DNA of 64,000 nucleotides from an uncultured Pelagibacteraceae bacterium. GTDB lineage: Bacteria > Pseudomonadota > Alphaproteobacteria > Pelagibacterales > Pelagibacteraceae. The notes under the pieces were generated by a model, which searched no databases, was not told where the DNA came from, and was given only the letters and a program-made list of their open reading frames with translations. Position 1 is the first letter of the stretch, and each line of letters begins with the position of its first letter. The position numbers and the translations under genes were made by a program. The stretch is from contig CACGWQ010000005.1 of NCBI GenBank assembly GCA_902576815.1, positions 887 to 64,886 of the forward strand. The letters run 5' to 3'. This document shows positions 1 to 10,059 of this stretch, one piece after another.

Positions 1-529
1 TCTCAAGATTTGTCAAAGCGCTTTTGTATATTGCTCTTTTTCCAGGAAATTTTTTTGTATTAAAAAAGTCCTTAATAGTTTTTGGAACTTTTTTTCCAGG
101 AAATGCTCTTGTATCGTATGCATAATTCCAAGAATATAAAATATTTCCTACTGCACATTTACTTGGCATTGGAGCAAAGAAATCTTCACTTGCAGGAGTT
201 CCATCTGGAGCTGCTGGGAAGTCTTTGTCAAAATCGAATTCGACAAAAATTCCTTCGTCACATCCGTTGATAGTATCAAATGCGAATACATCGATAATAT
301 CCCAAGTAATTGCACCTGCTTCTTTTTGAGCTTTAATCTCAGATAATCCACCTGAATAGTCTACCCAGTTGATATCAACACCAAGAGCTTTTGCAGTTGG
401 ATCACCATACCCTAGCTTTTGAGACTCTGTATAAGCTCCACCCCAAGATGCTACTGTAACCGCAAATGCAGATGAAGTTATTGAAAGAGCAAAAGAAAGA
501 GCAAGTAATAATTTACTTAATTTTTTCAT
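1..529 (-). CDS. potD: ABC transporter substrate-binding protein, PotD/PotF family (N-terminal part; runs off window)
   Basis: Not in the ORF track. Manual minus-strand translation from ATG 529 gives MKKLSKLLLALSFALSITSSAFAVTVASWGGAYTESQKLGYGDP..., i.e. a signal peptide plus the SWGG motif. GGAGGA RBS at 533-538; lies directly downstream of potA. Confidence 0.88.
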   Translation of the reverse strand, partial: MKKLSKLLLALSFALSITSSAFAVTVASWGGAYTESQKLGYGDPTAKALGVDINWVDYSGGLSEIKAQKEAGAITWDIIDVFAFDTINGCDEGIFVEFDFDKDFPAAPDGTPASEDFFAPMPSKCAVGNILYSWNYAYDTRAFPGKKVPKTIKDFFNTKKFPGKRAIYKSALTNLE

Positions 530-644
530 TTATCCTCCGTTTAAACGTTTAATATAAATTAATTTATATAAGCGAAGTACAACAAAAACGATATTCAGAG
601 TCAACAGGCCATTTTGTTATAGGAATACTGGGATATTTAAGAAA

Positions 645-1730
645 TCATTTAGGATCTAGAGCTCTAGCGTCTTGACTGTTCCATCCTACTTTAATCTCAT
701 TACCTAATTTTAAATCTAACTCGTTTGAACTATTTGGAACTTTTAAAATAAATTCTTTATTACCTAAAAGATCTAATCTTACTCTAGTGTGATCACCATG
801 GTAAATAACTTCTTCGATTTTTCCCGTTTGATTATTATCCATTTTATCTTTTGGATTTATCAATGCCCTCTCAGGTCTTATTGAAACTGTAGTTTTATCA
901 CCTTTGGAAGTTACTGAAACTGGATTAGCTAAAATTTCTCCATTTTGTAGTTTAACTTTACAAACATCTTTTGAAATTTCTGTCACTTCTCCTCCAAATG
1001 TATTATTTTCACCTATAAACTCTGCAACGAAAGAATTAACTGGTTCTTCGTACAATTTATCAGGACTTGATAATTGTTGAACTTTACCATCATTAAAAAC
1101 TGCGATCCTATTTGACATTGTTAATGCTTCTCCTTGATCGTGTGTAACGTAAACTACAGTAACACCAATATTTTCATGAATATGTTTAATTTCGTACTGC
1201 ATACTTTCTCTTAAGTTTTTATCTAAAGCTCCAAGAGGTTCATCCATTAGAACTACTGCTGGATCAAATACTAGAGCTCTTGCAACAGCTACCCTTTGTT
1301 GCTGACCACCAGATAATTGCGCTGGCATTCTACTTTCAAATCCTGATAAAGAAACCATTGATAAAGCTTTATCTACTTTTTTATCAATCTCATCTTTTTG
1401 AACTTTTCTAACTCTTAAAGGAAATGCTAAATTTTCATAAACTGTCATATGAGGAAACAATGCATAATTTTGAAAAACCATTCCAATTCCTCTTTTGTGC
1501 GGTGGAATATTTGAAATAGGATTAGAATCTAAATAGATTTCACCATTGGTTGGTGTTTCAAATCCAGCCAACATCATCAGACAAGTTGTTTTTCCTGAAC
1601 CAGATGGACCAAGCATAGTAATGAACTCGCCCTCTGAGATATTAAGATTTAAATCTTTTACTACTAAGACTTTACCATCGTAACTTTTGTCAACTTTATC
1701 GAACTTAACGAATTCTGTATTTTTAGACAT
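645..1730 (-). CDS. potA: PotA-family ABC transporter ATP-binding protein
   Basis: Walker A GPSGSGKT, signature LSGGQQQ, Walker B VLMDEP, VFQNYALFPHMTV, C-terminal TOBE-like domain. Confidence 0.92.
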   Translation of the reverse strand: MSKNTEFVKFDKVDKSYDGKVLVVKDLNLNISEGEFITMLGPSGSGKTTCLMMLAGFETPTNGEIYLDSNPISNIPPHKRGIGMVFQNYALFPHMTVYENLAFPLRVRKVQKDEIDKKVDKALSMVSLSGFESRMPAQLSGGQQQRVAVARALVFDPAVVLMDEPLGALDKNLRESMQYEIKHIHENIGVTVVYVTHDQGEALTMSNRIAVFNDGKVQQLSSPDKLYEEPVNSFVAEFIGENNTFGGEVTEISKDVCKVKLQNGEILANPVSVTSKGDKTTVSIRPERALINPKDKMDNNQTGKIEEVIYHGDHTRVRLDLLGNKEFILKVPNSSNELDLKLGNEIKVGWNSQDARALDPK

Positions 1731-1768
1731 CTAGTGTTTAAAACATTTAAGAAGTTAATTATCAATAG

Positions 1769-2941
1769 CTAATAGTTCTTAATATGTAGCTCTTTTGGAA
1801 ATTTACAGAATAATTCACAACCTTTGTCGGTAACTCGGATTGCTTCAGATGCTTCTACTCCCCAATCACCAAACTGCATTACTGCAATCATATGAAAACA
1901 AACATTTGGTTCAAGTACTGTCATATCGCCTTTATAAATATTTAAAGTATGCTCTCCCCAATCTGGTGGATATCCAATACCTATTGAGTAACCTGTTCTT
2001 GATTTCTTCTCGATACCATATTTATCTAAAATTTTCCAAAAGGCTTGGGCAACATCATTTGCTGTGTTTCCGGGTTTTGTAGCATTAATTCCAGCTTGTA
2101 AAGCTTCTATAGTTTTATTCATTGTATCTATTTTTAATTGATCAGGTTTACCTAATAAAATTGTTCGAGCCATAGGTGCGTGATATCTTTTATAAACACC
2201 TGAAAGTTCAATTATAGTTGCTTCACCTTCAATAAATTTATCTTGGGTTGCTGTTAAATGTGAAGCAGATGTACCTTTTCCAGTTGGAAGAAGCGTTGCG
2301 ATACTAGAATATTCACCTCCAAATTCTTCTGTACCATAAAATAAAGACTTTTGAATTTCTCCAACAGCATCGCATTGTCTTGTACCAGGTTTAATTACTT
2401 CCATTGCAGTTTGCATTCCTTTTTGAGAAATTAAAGCAGCAGACTTCATATAATTTATCTCTGCATTAGATTTAATTAATCTAGCCCAATTAACTAGTCG
2501 ATCAGAATCGATAATGTTTGCATTTGGTAACCCCTGTTTAATCTTTTCATAACAAAAAGCTGTAAAATAATGAGCATCCATTTCAACTCCAATAGACAGT
2601 TTATCCCATTTTTTTTCTTTAATTACTTTGGTCAAGTAATCATAGGGATGTTTTGGCCAAGTATGAATATAACTCTCATCATAAACAATAATATTGTCTT
2701 TATTTAAATAGGTCTTTATGTACGCCCCACCTGCATCCTGATCTCTAACAAAGCAAATTGGCTCTTTTGAATCAACGTGCACTAATACACATTGTGCATA
2801 ATAAAAAGACCAAGCATCGTAGCCTGTAAGATAATTCATATTATTTGTGTCGTGAGAAATGATTAAATCAATTTTTTTCTCTCTCATCAGAGATTGAACT
2901 TTTAATAGTCTTTGTTTGTATTCTTCTTTTGAAAAGGACAT
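1769..2941 (-). CDS. doeA: M24 (Xaa-Pro peptidase fold) ectoine hydrolase DoeA/EutD-like
   Basis: NMNYLTGYDAWSFY, ASHLT, RTGYSIGIGYPPDWGEHT motifs typical of DoeA/EutD; adjacent to an eutA-like gene. Confidence 0.8.
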   Translation of the reverse strand: MSFSKEEYKQRLLKVQSLMREKKIDLIISHDTNNMNYLTGYDAWSFYYAQCVLVHVDSKEPICFVRDQDAGGAYIKTYLNKDNIIVYDESYIHTWPKHPYDYLTKVIKEKKWDKLSIGVEMDAHYFTAFCYEKIKQGLPNANIIDSDRLVNWARLIKSNAEINYMKSAALISQKGMQTAMEVIKPGTRQCDAVGEIQKSLFYGTEEFGGEYSSIATLLPTGKGTSASHLTATQDKFIEGEATIIELSGVYKRYHAPMARTILLGKPDQLKIDTMNKTIEALQAGINATKPGNTANDVAQAFWKILDKYGIEKKSRTGYSIGIGYPPDWGEHTLNIYKGDMTVLEPNVCFHMIAVMQFGDWGVEASEAIRVTDKGCELFCKFPKELHIKNY

Positions 2942-2944
2942 TAA

Positions 2945-3685
2945 TTAATCAAACAGTCTTCCAAATCCTTTTACAGATTTATTTTCACCTATGTTTTCTA
3001 AAGATTCCCAGATTAAAGCCTGATTGCTTGAAAGAACTGGTATTCCAAGTTTATCTTCTAATTTTTGTATTAGAGGAAGAACTGGTAAAGCGGTGCAAGA
3101 TACAAATAAAGCATCTGCCTCACTTACATCTAAATTTATTAGCACATCAAACAGATAATTTTGATCTACTTTACCAATCTCCATGTCAGAATGAATATCA
3201 AAGTATGAATTTGAGGTGATTTCAAAACCAGATAATTTAAAATAATCAACAACATCATTGTTAACTTTTTTACTATAAGGTGTGAATATAGAAAGTTTTT
3301 TAATATTTAATTTTTTCAATGCTTTCAAAGCTGCTGTACTTGGTGTTGAAAGTTTTGCCTCAGGTTTTGCTGCTTGTATTTTATTTTTAATATTATCGTA
3401 CCCTGCTGCAATAGTTCCTGATGTACAAGCATATACAACACAGTCTAATTTTTGCTCTGGCAAGATATCTCTTGTTACTTGAGTAATATTCTCTGACATT
3501 TTGATCAAATTCTCTTTGGTTAAGGGATTATAACATTCTATTCTATTTACAAAAAAATCTATTTTTTTATCTTTAATTACACTTATAAAATCTTTTTCAA
3601 TCACTAGATCGGTTGCTAAAGCGATAAGTCCAATACGTGGATTTTGGTTATTTTCAAACTTTGGTTCTATTTTTTGTGATTTCAT
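2945..3685 (-). CDS. eutA: EutA-like Asp/Glu racemase / maleate isomerase family protein
   Basis: RIGLIALATD, YACTSG and FVSCTAL (two catalytic Cys), SSNQA. Likely start is ATG 3685 (MKSQKIEP) rather than 3706. Confidence 0.78.
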   Translation of the reverse strand: MKSQKIEPKFENNQNPRIGLIALATDLVIEKDFISVIKDKKIDFFVNRIECYNPLTKENLIKMSENITQVTRDILPEQKLDCVVYACTSGTIAAGYDNIKNKIQAAKPEAKLSTPSTAALKALKKLNIKKLSIFTPYSKKVNNDVVDYFKLSGFEITSNSYFDIHSDMEIGKVDQNYLFDVLINLDVSEADALFVSCTALPVLPLIQKLEDKLGIPVLSSNQALIWESLENIGENKSVKGFGRLFD

Positions 3686-3801
3686 AAATACAATATACCA
3701 CCACATATTGATTAATCATTAAAATTTAAAAACTGTATCTAATTTCTTGAATGGTTATAGTAAATAAACGTATAATAAGAAAAATTAATTTTGAAATATA
3801 A

Positions 3802-5235
3802 ATGCTCGATAAAAAAAAATTTTATATCAATGGCAAATGGGTTGAGCCAGTAAACAAGAATGAATGTGAAGTTATCAATCCATCAACAGAGGAAGTTTGT
3901 GCAATTATAAGTCTAGGAAGTTCTGATGATACAAATGCTGCAGTCAAAGCAGCAAAATCTACATTTGAGACTTGGAAAGAAACTTCAAAAGAAGAAAGGT
4001 TAAATTTATTAGAAAAATTATTAAAAATTTATAATTCTAGATGGGATGATATGACTGATGCTATAACTACAGAGCTTGGTTGTCCTAAAGATTGGTGTTC
4101 AGCTAATCAAACATCTTCTGGCGCAGGTCATATCGAAGACTTTATAAAAAGATTAAAAGAATTCGAATTCGAACCAGGTTTTGATAAAGGATCTACTAAT
4201 CATATTTTATATGAGCCAATTGGAGTTTGCGGATTAATTACACCTTGGAATTGGCCTATAAATCAAATTGCTTTAAAAGTGATTCCAGCTTTTGCAACTG
4301 GGTGTACAATGGTACTTAAACCATCTGAAATTGCACCATTGTCAGGAATGCTATTTGCAGAGATGATAGATGAGGCTGGATTTCCAGCTGGAGTATTTAA
4401 TTTGGTAAATGGTGATGGGCCTGGTGTTGGAAATGACCTGTCAGGACATCCTGATGTTGATATGGTCTCATTTACAGGATCTACTAGAGCTGGAAAATTA
4501 ATTACAAAGAATGCTGCTGAAACTATAAAAAGAGTTTGTCTTGAACTTGGTGGTAAAGGTGGAAATATTGTTTTTGCTGATGCATATCCTGATGCAGTCA
4601 GAGATGGTATTAGAAACGTAATGAGTAATTCAGGTCAATCCTGTGATGCCCCAACTAGAATGCTTGTTGAAAAATCAATTTATAAAAGAGCTGTTGAAGA
4701 AGCTGCAGATGAAGCAAATAAAATTAAAGTTGATCTTGCTTCAAAAGCTGGTGACCATATTGGGCCTGTAATTTCAAAAACTCAATTTGATAAAATTCAA
4801 AGTTTAATAAATAGTGGAATTGAAGAAGGTGCTACTTTAGTAGCAGGTGGTCCTGACAAACCTGAAGATCTAAAGAAAGGTTATTTTATTAAACCAACAG
4901 TATTCACTGATGTTAATAATAATATGAGAATTGCTAAAGAGGAAATATTTGGACCAGTATTGTCGATTATTCCTTTTGAAAATGAAGAGGAAGCTATCCA
5001 AATTACAAATGATACAGAATATGGATTAGGAAACTATTTACAAACAGAGGATAATGAAAAGGCAAAAAGAGTCTCAAAAAAATTAAGGTCCGGAATTGTG
5101 TATGTAAATCATAAAGCAGCTGACTCTGGGACTCCTTTTGGTGGGTATAGACAATCTGGAAATGGACGTGAAGGTGGAACCTGGGGATTGCATGAATATC
5201 TAGAGGTAAAAACTATTACTGAATGGAAAAATTAA
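3802..5235 (+). CDS. Aldehyde dehydrogenase family protein
   Basis: ITPWNWP, FTGSTRAG, LELGGK, catalytic Cys in NSGQSC, EEIFGPV, PFGGYRQSG. Confidence 0.93.
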   Translation: MLDKKKFYINGKWVEPVNKNECEVINPSTEEVCAIISLGSSDDTNAAVKAAKSTFETWKETSKEERLNLLEKLLKIYNSRWDDMTDAITTELGCPKDWCSANQTSSGAGHIEDFIKRLKEFEFEPGFDKGSTNHILYEPIGVCGLITPWNWPINQIALKVIPAFATGCTMVLKPSEIAPLSGMLFAEMIDEAGFPAGVFNLVNGDGPGVGNDLSGHPDVDMVSFTGSTRAGKLITKNAAETIKRVCLELGGKGGNIVFADAYPDAVRDGIRNVMSNSGQSCDAPTRMLVEKSIYKRAVEEAADEANKIKVDLASKAGDHIGPVISKTQFDKIQSLINSGIEEGATLVAGGPDKPEDLKKGYFIKPTVFTDVNNNMRIAKEEIFGPVLSIIPFENEEEAIQITNDTEYGLGNYLQTEDNEKAKRVSKKLRSGIVYVNHKAADSGTPFGGYRQSGNGREGGTWGLHEYLEVKTITEWKN

Positions 5236-5236
5236 A

Positions 5237-5617
5237 ATGCTTGGTTATGTAATGGTAGGAACCAATAACTTAGAAAAAGCAATAATTTTTTATGATGAAG
5301 TCTTAAAAGTTTTAAATCTAGAAAGAAATTATAAAGATGAAGTTTGCGCTGGTTACACAGAAAAAAATGGCGATGGAACTATAGAGTTTTATGTGACCAA
5401 ACCTGTCAATATGAAAGAGGCAACTAATGGAAATGGAACGCAAGTTTCATTTATTACATCATCTAGAGATATAGTTGATAAGTTTCATGAGATTGGACTT
5501 AAGGCAGGTGGAAAAAGTGAAGGAGCTGGAGGTGAAAGACCAGAAGGTTCTGGAGTTTACTATTCTTATATTCGAGATCTTGATAATAATAAAATTTGTG
5601 CATTCACAAACGATTAA
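5237..5617 (+). CDS. VOC/glyoxalase family protein
   Basis: GTNNLEKAIIFYD start, NGNGTQVSF, YIRDLDNNKI end; translationally coupled on both sides. Confidence 0.85.
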   Translation: MLGYVMVGTNNLEKAIIFYDEVLKVLNLERNYKDEVCAGYTEKNGDGTIEFYVTKPVNMKEATNGNGTQVSFITSSRDIVDKFHEIGLKAGGKSEGAGGERPEGSGVYYSYIRDLDNNKICAFTND

Positions 5618-6528
5618 TGTCTTACAATTTAATTCAAGAAAAAATCAATGAAGGAAAAATTATTTTACTTGATGGAGGTATAGGTGCTGAGCTTGAAAAA
5701 AAAGGAGCTAAAATGGATCAAAACCTCTGGTGTGGAAAATGTTCGGTAGATAGCCCAGAATTTCTAAAAGAAGTCCATGAAAATTATATTGATGCAGGTG
5801 CTGATGTTATTACAACAAATACTTATGCTACAACTCCAATTTCTCTTAGAAAACACGGATATGAAGACTCAATTGAATTATTTAATAAACAAGCAGTTCA
5901 AATTGCAAAACAAGCAATTAATAATTCAAAAAAGAACATCTGTTTAGCAGGAAGTGTTTCGAGTTATGGAAGTTTTCTTAAACTTGGAACAAAGAACATG
6001 AAGCCATGTTTTAATGAACATATTAAAATTTTATCAAATGAGGGTGTTGATTTAATAATTTTAGAAGCAATGACATCTCAAGCAGAAATCGTGGAGACTA
6101 TGCTTGAGTGTTCTTCAAATATAAAGTTACCTGTTTGGCTTTCTATCTCCTGTGTAATAGATCAGAATACAAAAAATATTACACTTGGTTATGATGATGT
6201 GAAGAACAAAACTGAAATTTACGAGGATTTAGAAGTATCGTTGAAAAATTTTAGTAAATTACATAAGGGGCCAATTTTAATTGCTCACTCAGATATTAAA
6301 ACAACGAGTGTAGCTTTAGATACTGCATTAAAAAATTATAATGGAGTTATTGGTGCTTACCCTAATAAAGGCTATTACGAAAAACCAAATTGGAAGTTTG
6401 TAGATAATTTTTCACCCAATGATTATTTGGAGGTTGCAAAAAAATGGGTTAGCAAAGGTGTAAAAATTGTTGGTGGTTGTTGTGGTATAGGAGTTGAAGA
6501 GATAAAAGCTGTTTCAATTTTGAAGTAA
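5617..6528 (+). CDS. Homocysteine S-methyltransferase family protein (paralog 1)
   Basis: LLDGGIGAEL, HENYIDAGADVITTNTY, GAYPN, VGGCCG. ATG 5617 overlaps the upstream TAA. Confidence 0.87.
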   Translation: MSYNLIQEKINEGKIILLDGGIGAELEKKGAKMDQNLWCGKCSVDSPEFLKEVHENYIDAGADVITTNTYATTPISLRKHGYEDSIELFNKQAVQIAKQAINNSKKNICLAGSVSSYGSFLKLGTKNMKPCFNEHIKILSNEGVDLIILEAMTSQAEIVETMLECSSNIKLPVWLSISCVIDQNTKNITLGYDDVKNKTEIYEDLEVSLKNFSKLHKGPILIAHSDIKTTSVALDTALKNYNGVIGAYPNKGYYEKPNWKFVDNFSPNDYLEVAKKWVSKGVKIVGGCCGIGVEEIKAVSILK

Positions 6529-6545
6529 TAATATATTGTAAAATT

Positions 6546-7001
6546 ATGAAAACTTTTATTGGTGGTATTGGTTGTTTTTGGGACGAAACTAAATACGATG
6601 GTATAAAAGGAATATTATCTACAGAATGTGGTTACTGCGGAGGTGATGATCCTAATGTTACTTACAAAGCAGTTTGTGGTGGGGATACAGGTCACATAGA
6701 AGTAGTTAAAGTTCAATATGATGAAAATATTTTAAGCTATGAAGATATGGTCAGATTATTTTTTAAACTCCATGACTCAACTCAAAAAAATAGACAAGGA
6801 ACTTATGTAGGAATTCAATATCGGTCTGAGATATTTTATAATAATGATAATGAAAAAAATACAGCAGAGAAAATTTTAAAAGAAATGAATGAGAAATTAG
6901 ATGGAAAAGTTACTACAAAGATTTCCAAAGAAAAAAACTATTGTAAAGCAGAAGGCTATCATCAAAATTACGAGAAAAATAAATCTCTTAAGTTTGGATA
7001 A
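6546..7001 (+). CDS. msrA: Peptide-methionine (S)-S-oxide reductase
   Basis: GCFW catalytic motif, GYCGG, TGHIEVV, QYRSEIF, AEGYHQNY. Confidence 0.88.
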   Translation: MKTFIGGIGCFWDETKYDGIKGILSTECGYCGGDDPNVTYKAVCGGDTGHIEVVKVQYDENILSYEDMVRLFFKLHDSTQKNRQGTYVGIQYRSEIFYNNDNEKNTAEKILKEMNEKLDGKVTTKISKEKNYCKAEGYHQNYEKNKSLKFG

Positions 7002-7012
7002 AAAATACTAAT

Positions 7013-8170
7013 TTGAAAAAAATTATTTCAGAAAAAAATCCAGAATTAGTTACAAGAAAAGATAATAAAGCTCAATGGAATCTCCCAAATAAAAGGAGGT
7101 TGGGTTTTAGAAATTTATATAAAATTAATAGATATGGAATATACCTTAGATCAGATTTTGTTTTAAAATTAAAAAAAAAAATTAATAAGAAAATTGGTAA
7201 ATTATCTTCTGTAAAAAAGGTAACTAAAAATAAAGCTTTTTGCTCTTTAATAGTTGGTAAAGATCAGGATATTTTATTCGAGCAGTATGCAAAGGACTTT
7301 TCTACAAATCAGCCACAAACAATTATGTCAATTACAAAAATGTTTATACATTTATTTGTGGGAGAGCTGATAGACAGAAAACTAATAAACTTAAATAAGA
7401 AAATTTCATTTTACTTGCCAAAAATTGGCAGTGGTTATGCAAATGCAAAAGTAAAAGACGTTTTAGACATGAACATTGTAAATCTATATAGCGAAGATTA
7501 TACAAAAGCTTATTCGTCTTCATTTTTACATGAGCCTGTGGGAGGATGGAGATTGCCTATTAAAGGTAAAAACATTCAAAGCCAGGAACAATATTTAAAT
7601 TCAATTAAATCTTTAAAAAGCAGAGATTTAAAAAATTATACCGATCTGGCGCATTATAAATCAGCTAATACCGATGTTATTGGGTTAATTGTAGAAAAAG
7701 TAAGTAAAAAAAGTTTAAGACAATGGTTGTTGGAAACAGTTGAAGCAACAGGATTTGAAGAAGGATTGTATATAGGAACAGATAGATTTGGAACACCGTG
7801 GATGTCTGGAGGTGGAAGTTTAATTACAAGAGATTTTTTAAGAATGGGTTTACTTTTTTCTAGGTTTGGAAAAGGTATAAATGGAAAAAATATTGGTTCT
7901 AAAACTTTTTTGAGTAAAACTATTAATAGTGAGGGACCCAAATACATTCAATTATCTAAAGATAAATTTGTCTGTTATGTTAATTCTTTGATGAAATGTG
8001 GTAACTGGATTGGTCACTCTGGGTATGGGGGCCAATTTTTAGGAATAAATTTGAAAACAAAAGTTGTTGCTGCTTTTTTTTCAGTCTTAGAGACTAAATC
8101 CGCAACAAATGAAAAATATAAAAAAGATATGGTAAATATGATAGACCAAATAATTAGTAAAGATTACTAA
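7013..8170 (+). CDS. Beta-lactamase-fold serine hydrolase (NylB/6-aminohexanoate-dimer hydrolase-like)
   Basis: SxxK (MSITK), YKSANTDV, HSGYGGQ motifs. Confidence 0.78.
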   Translation: MKKIISEKNPELVTRKDNKAQWNLPNKRRLGFRNLYKINRYGIYLRSDFVLKLKKKINKKIGKLSSVKKVTKNKAFCSLIVGKDQDILFEQYAKDFSTNQPQTIMSITKMFIHLFVGELIDRKLINLNKKISFYLPKIGSGYANAKVKDVLDMNIVNLYSEDYTKAYSSSFLHEPVGGWRLPIKGKNIQSQEQYLNSIKSLKSRDLKNYTDLAHYKSANTDVIGLIVEKVSKKSLRQWLLETVEATGFEEGLYIGTDRFGTPWMSGGGSLITRDFLRMGLLFSRFGKGINGKNIGSKTFLSKTINSEGPKYIQLSKDKFVCYVNSLMKCGNWIGHSGYGGQFLGINLKTKVVAAFFSVLETKSATNEKYKKDMVNMIDQIISKDY

Positions 8171-8171
8171 A

Positions 8172-9155
8172 TTAAGAAAATTTAGTTATTAATGATTTTA
8201 AATGTTTATCTGTGACGCCACAACACCCCCCAATAATTTTTACCTGATCGTCTATTAACTCAGAACACTTATCAACAAATTCAATTTCATTTTCAGTTAT
8301 TAATGCCTGCATAGTACTAGTGTCAAATTTATGAATCTCTGGATAGAACATAATTGGCCCATTCCAATTTGATTTTAAAACTTTCATTCCCTCTTTTGTA
8401 TCAATAAACCAACTATGCATTATGCCATAAACATCTCCACCGATAGATTTGAGTGAATTAATTATTTCAGCAAAATTAATAATTTTATCTTCAGGAAGGA
8501 ATTTTGGCTCATCAGGATATTTTAAAGGGTCATATATAATAGATCTCTCTTTTTCTGCTCTAAAATTTCTACCTACTACGGTTTCATCAAATTTACTTAT
8601 GCAGCAACTTAATCCAACCCAGACAGGCAAACCTGTTTCTAAAGCGGAATTTAACAAAATTTTAGCGTGATCAATATCTAAAAGCATTTCAAGAATAAGC
8701 ACTTCGACTCCCTCTTCTTTTAATACCTTCGCTTGTTCTTTATAATTTTTTTCTTCTTTTGCAAATGATGGTACAAATTTTGTGTCAGGTCTAAATTCAT
8801 TTTCAGCCAAAGCTAAATATGTTGACATACTTCCAGCAATTTTAATTTTTTTTCCAGAATTTTTGACTGCTTGTCTTGCTAACTTAACTGTATCAATGTT
8901 AATTTTTATAGTCTGATCTCCTAAATTTGAAGGCTCAAGACAATGTCTTGCAGTTCCAAAAGTATTGGTTGTTATCATATCACATCCAGCCTTTATATGA
9001 CTTTCGTGTACTTTGATTACTATTTCTGGTGAGAAAACATTTGCTAAACCAGAAAAAGCTGGTCCCATTTTTCCACCAAGTCTCTGAATTTCTGAACCTG
9101 TTCCACCATCTAAGAAGACTTTTTTTTTTGATTTCAATAATTCATTAATATCCAT
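8172..9155 (-). CDS. Homocysteine S-methyltransferase family protein (paralog 2)
   Basis: FLDGGTGSEI, HESHIKAGCDMITTNTF, IGGCCG. Confidence 0.85.
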   Translation of the reverse strand: MDINELLKSKKKVFLDGGTGSEIQRLGGKMGPAFSGLANVFSPEIVIKVHESHIKAGCDMITTNTFGTARHCLEPSNLGDQTIKINIDTVKLARQAVKNSGKKIKIAGSMSTYLALAENEFRPDTKFVPSFAKEEKNYKEQAKVLKEEGVEVLILEMLLDIDHAKILLNSALETGLPVWVGLSCCISKFDETVVGRNFRAEKERSIIYDPLKYPDEPKFLPEDKIINFAEIINSLKSIGGDVYGIMHSWFIDTKEGMKVLKSNWNGPIMFYPEIHKFDTSTMQALITENEIEFVDKCSELIDDQVKIIGGCCGVTDKHLKSLITKFS

Positions 9156-10057
9156 TATGCTAATTTCTTCTCTGACTTTGGAACATATACAACTTCAATT
9201 ACACCACCAAGAATTATTAGAATACTACCTATTGTTTCTCTCCAACCAAAAGGTTCATTTGTTAAAATACTAGCACTAACAACACCAACAATTATTTCAG
9301 CTAAAAATAAAATAGATGATAAGCCGGCTCCTAGTTTGCTTGGAGCCCAAAAGATTATTACTCCTGTAGGAATAAAATAAAATATCGAAATAAGTAATAA
9401 AAAAGTGGACATTGACATGATAACCTCCACTGATGGAACTGGTCCTAAATAATCTACTAAGAATAACCCAATAGGTATACTGGCTAAACCTCCATAAAAA
9501 AAGAATGTGAATATAATTGGAAAGACTCCATCTGTTTTAATTATTTCCATTCTAATTAAACCAGCACCAAATAGTGCACCTCCAGCAAGAGCCAACCAAT
9601 CCCCTGCATTTTGAGGTAATGGAATTATATTTTCTTGACTGAATACAATCCATAAACCTCCTAGTGCCAAACCTAATGTGATTACTCTCTTCCAACCAAA
9701 TTTCTTTTTTAAAAATATAATTTCAAATATTGTTGTCCAAACAGGTATCATGTAAAACATGATTAATGCTTTAACTACATCAGTAAGAAGAAAGCTAAGA
9801 GCATAACAAACAAATCCACTTCCAACAAAAAAACCAGTGAGAGGAAATTCCAATCCAATAGACTTTCCTTTTATAACTCTCCAAATTGCGACTGGTGATA
9901 ATATTAATATTCCAACCGCCATTTGGGATATTGTTCCCCAGCCACCAGTCAAACCTCCATCTTCTAATATTCTTTGAGGTAACCAATAAATTCCCCATGA
10001 ACCAGCAGCAATAGCTAATGCAAATGAAATTTTAAAATGATGAGGGTGTCTGGTCAT
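9155..10057 (-). CDS. DMT/EamA family transporter
   Basis: About 10 hydrophobic segments, 300 aa, two-repeat EamA pattern. Confidence 0.82.
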   Translation of the reverse strand: MTRHPHHFKISFALAIAAGSWGIYWLPQRILEDGGLTGGWGTISQMAVGILILSPVAIWRVIKGKSIGLEFPLTGFFVGSGFVCYALSFLLTDVVKALIMFYMIPVWTTIFEIIFLKKKFGWKRVITLGLALGGLWIVFSQENIIPLPQNAGDWLALAGGALFGAGLIRMEIIKTDGVFPIIFTFFFYGGLASIPIGLFLVDYLGPVPSVEVIMSMSTFLLLISIFYFIPTGVIIFWAPSKLGAGLSSILFLAEIIVGVVSASILTNEPFGWRETIGSILIILGGVIEVVYVPKSEKKLA

Positions 10058-10059
10058 TA

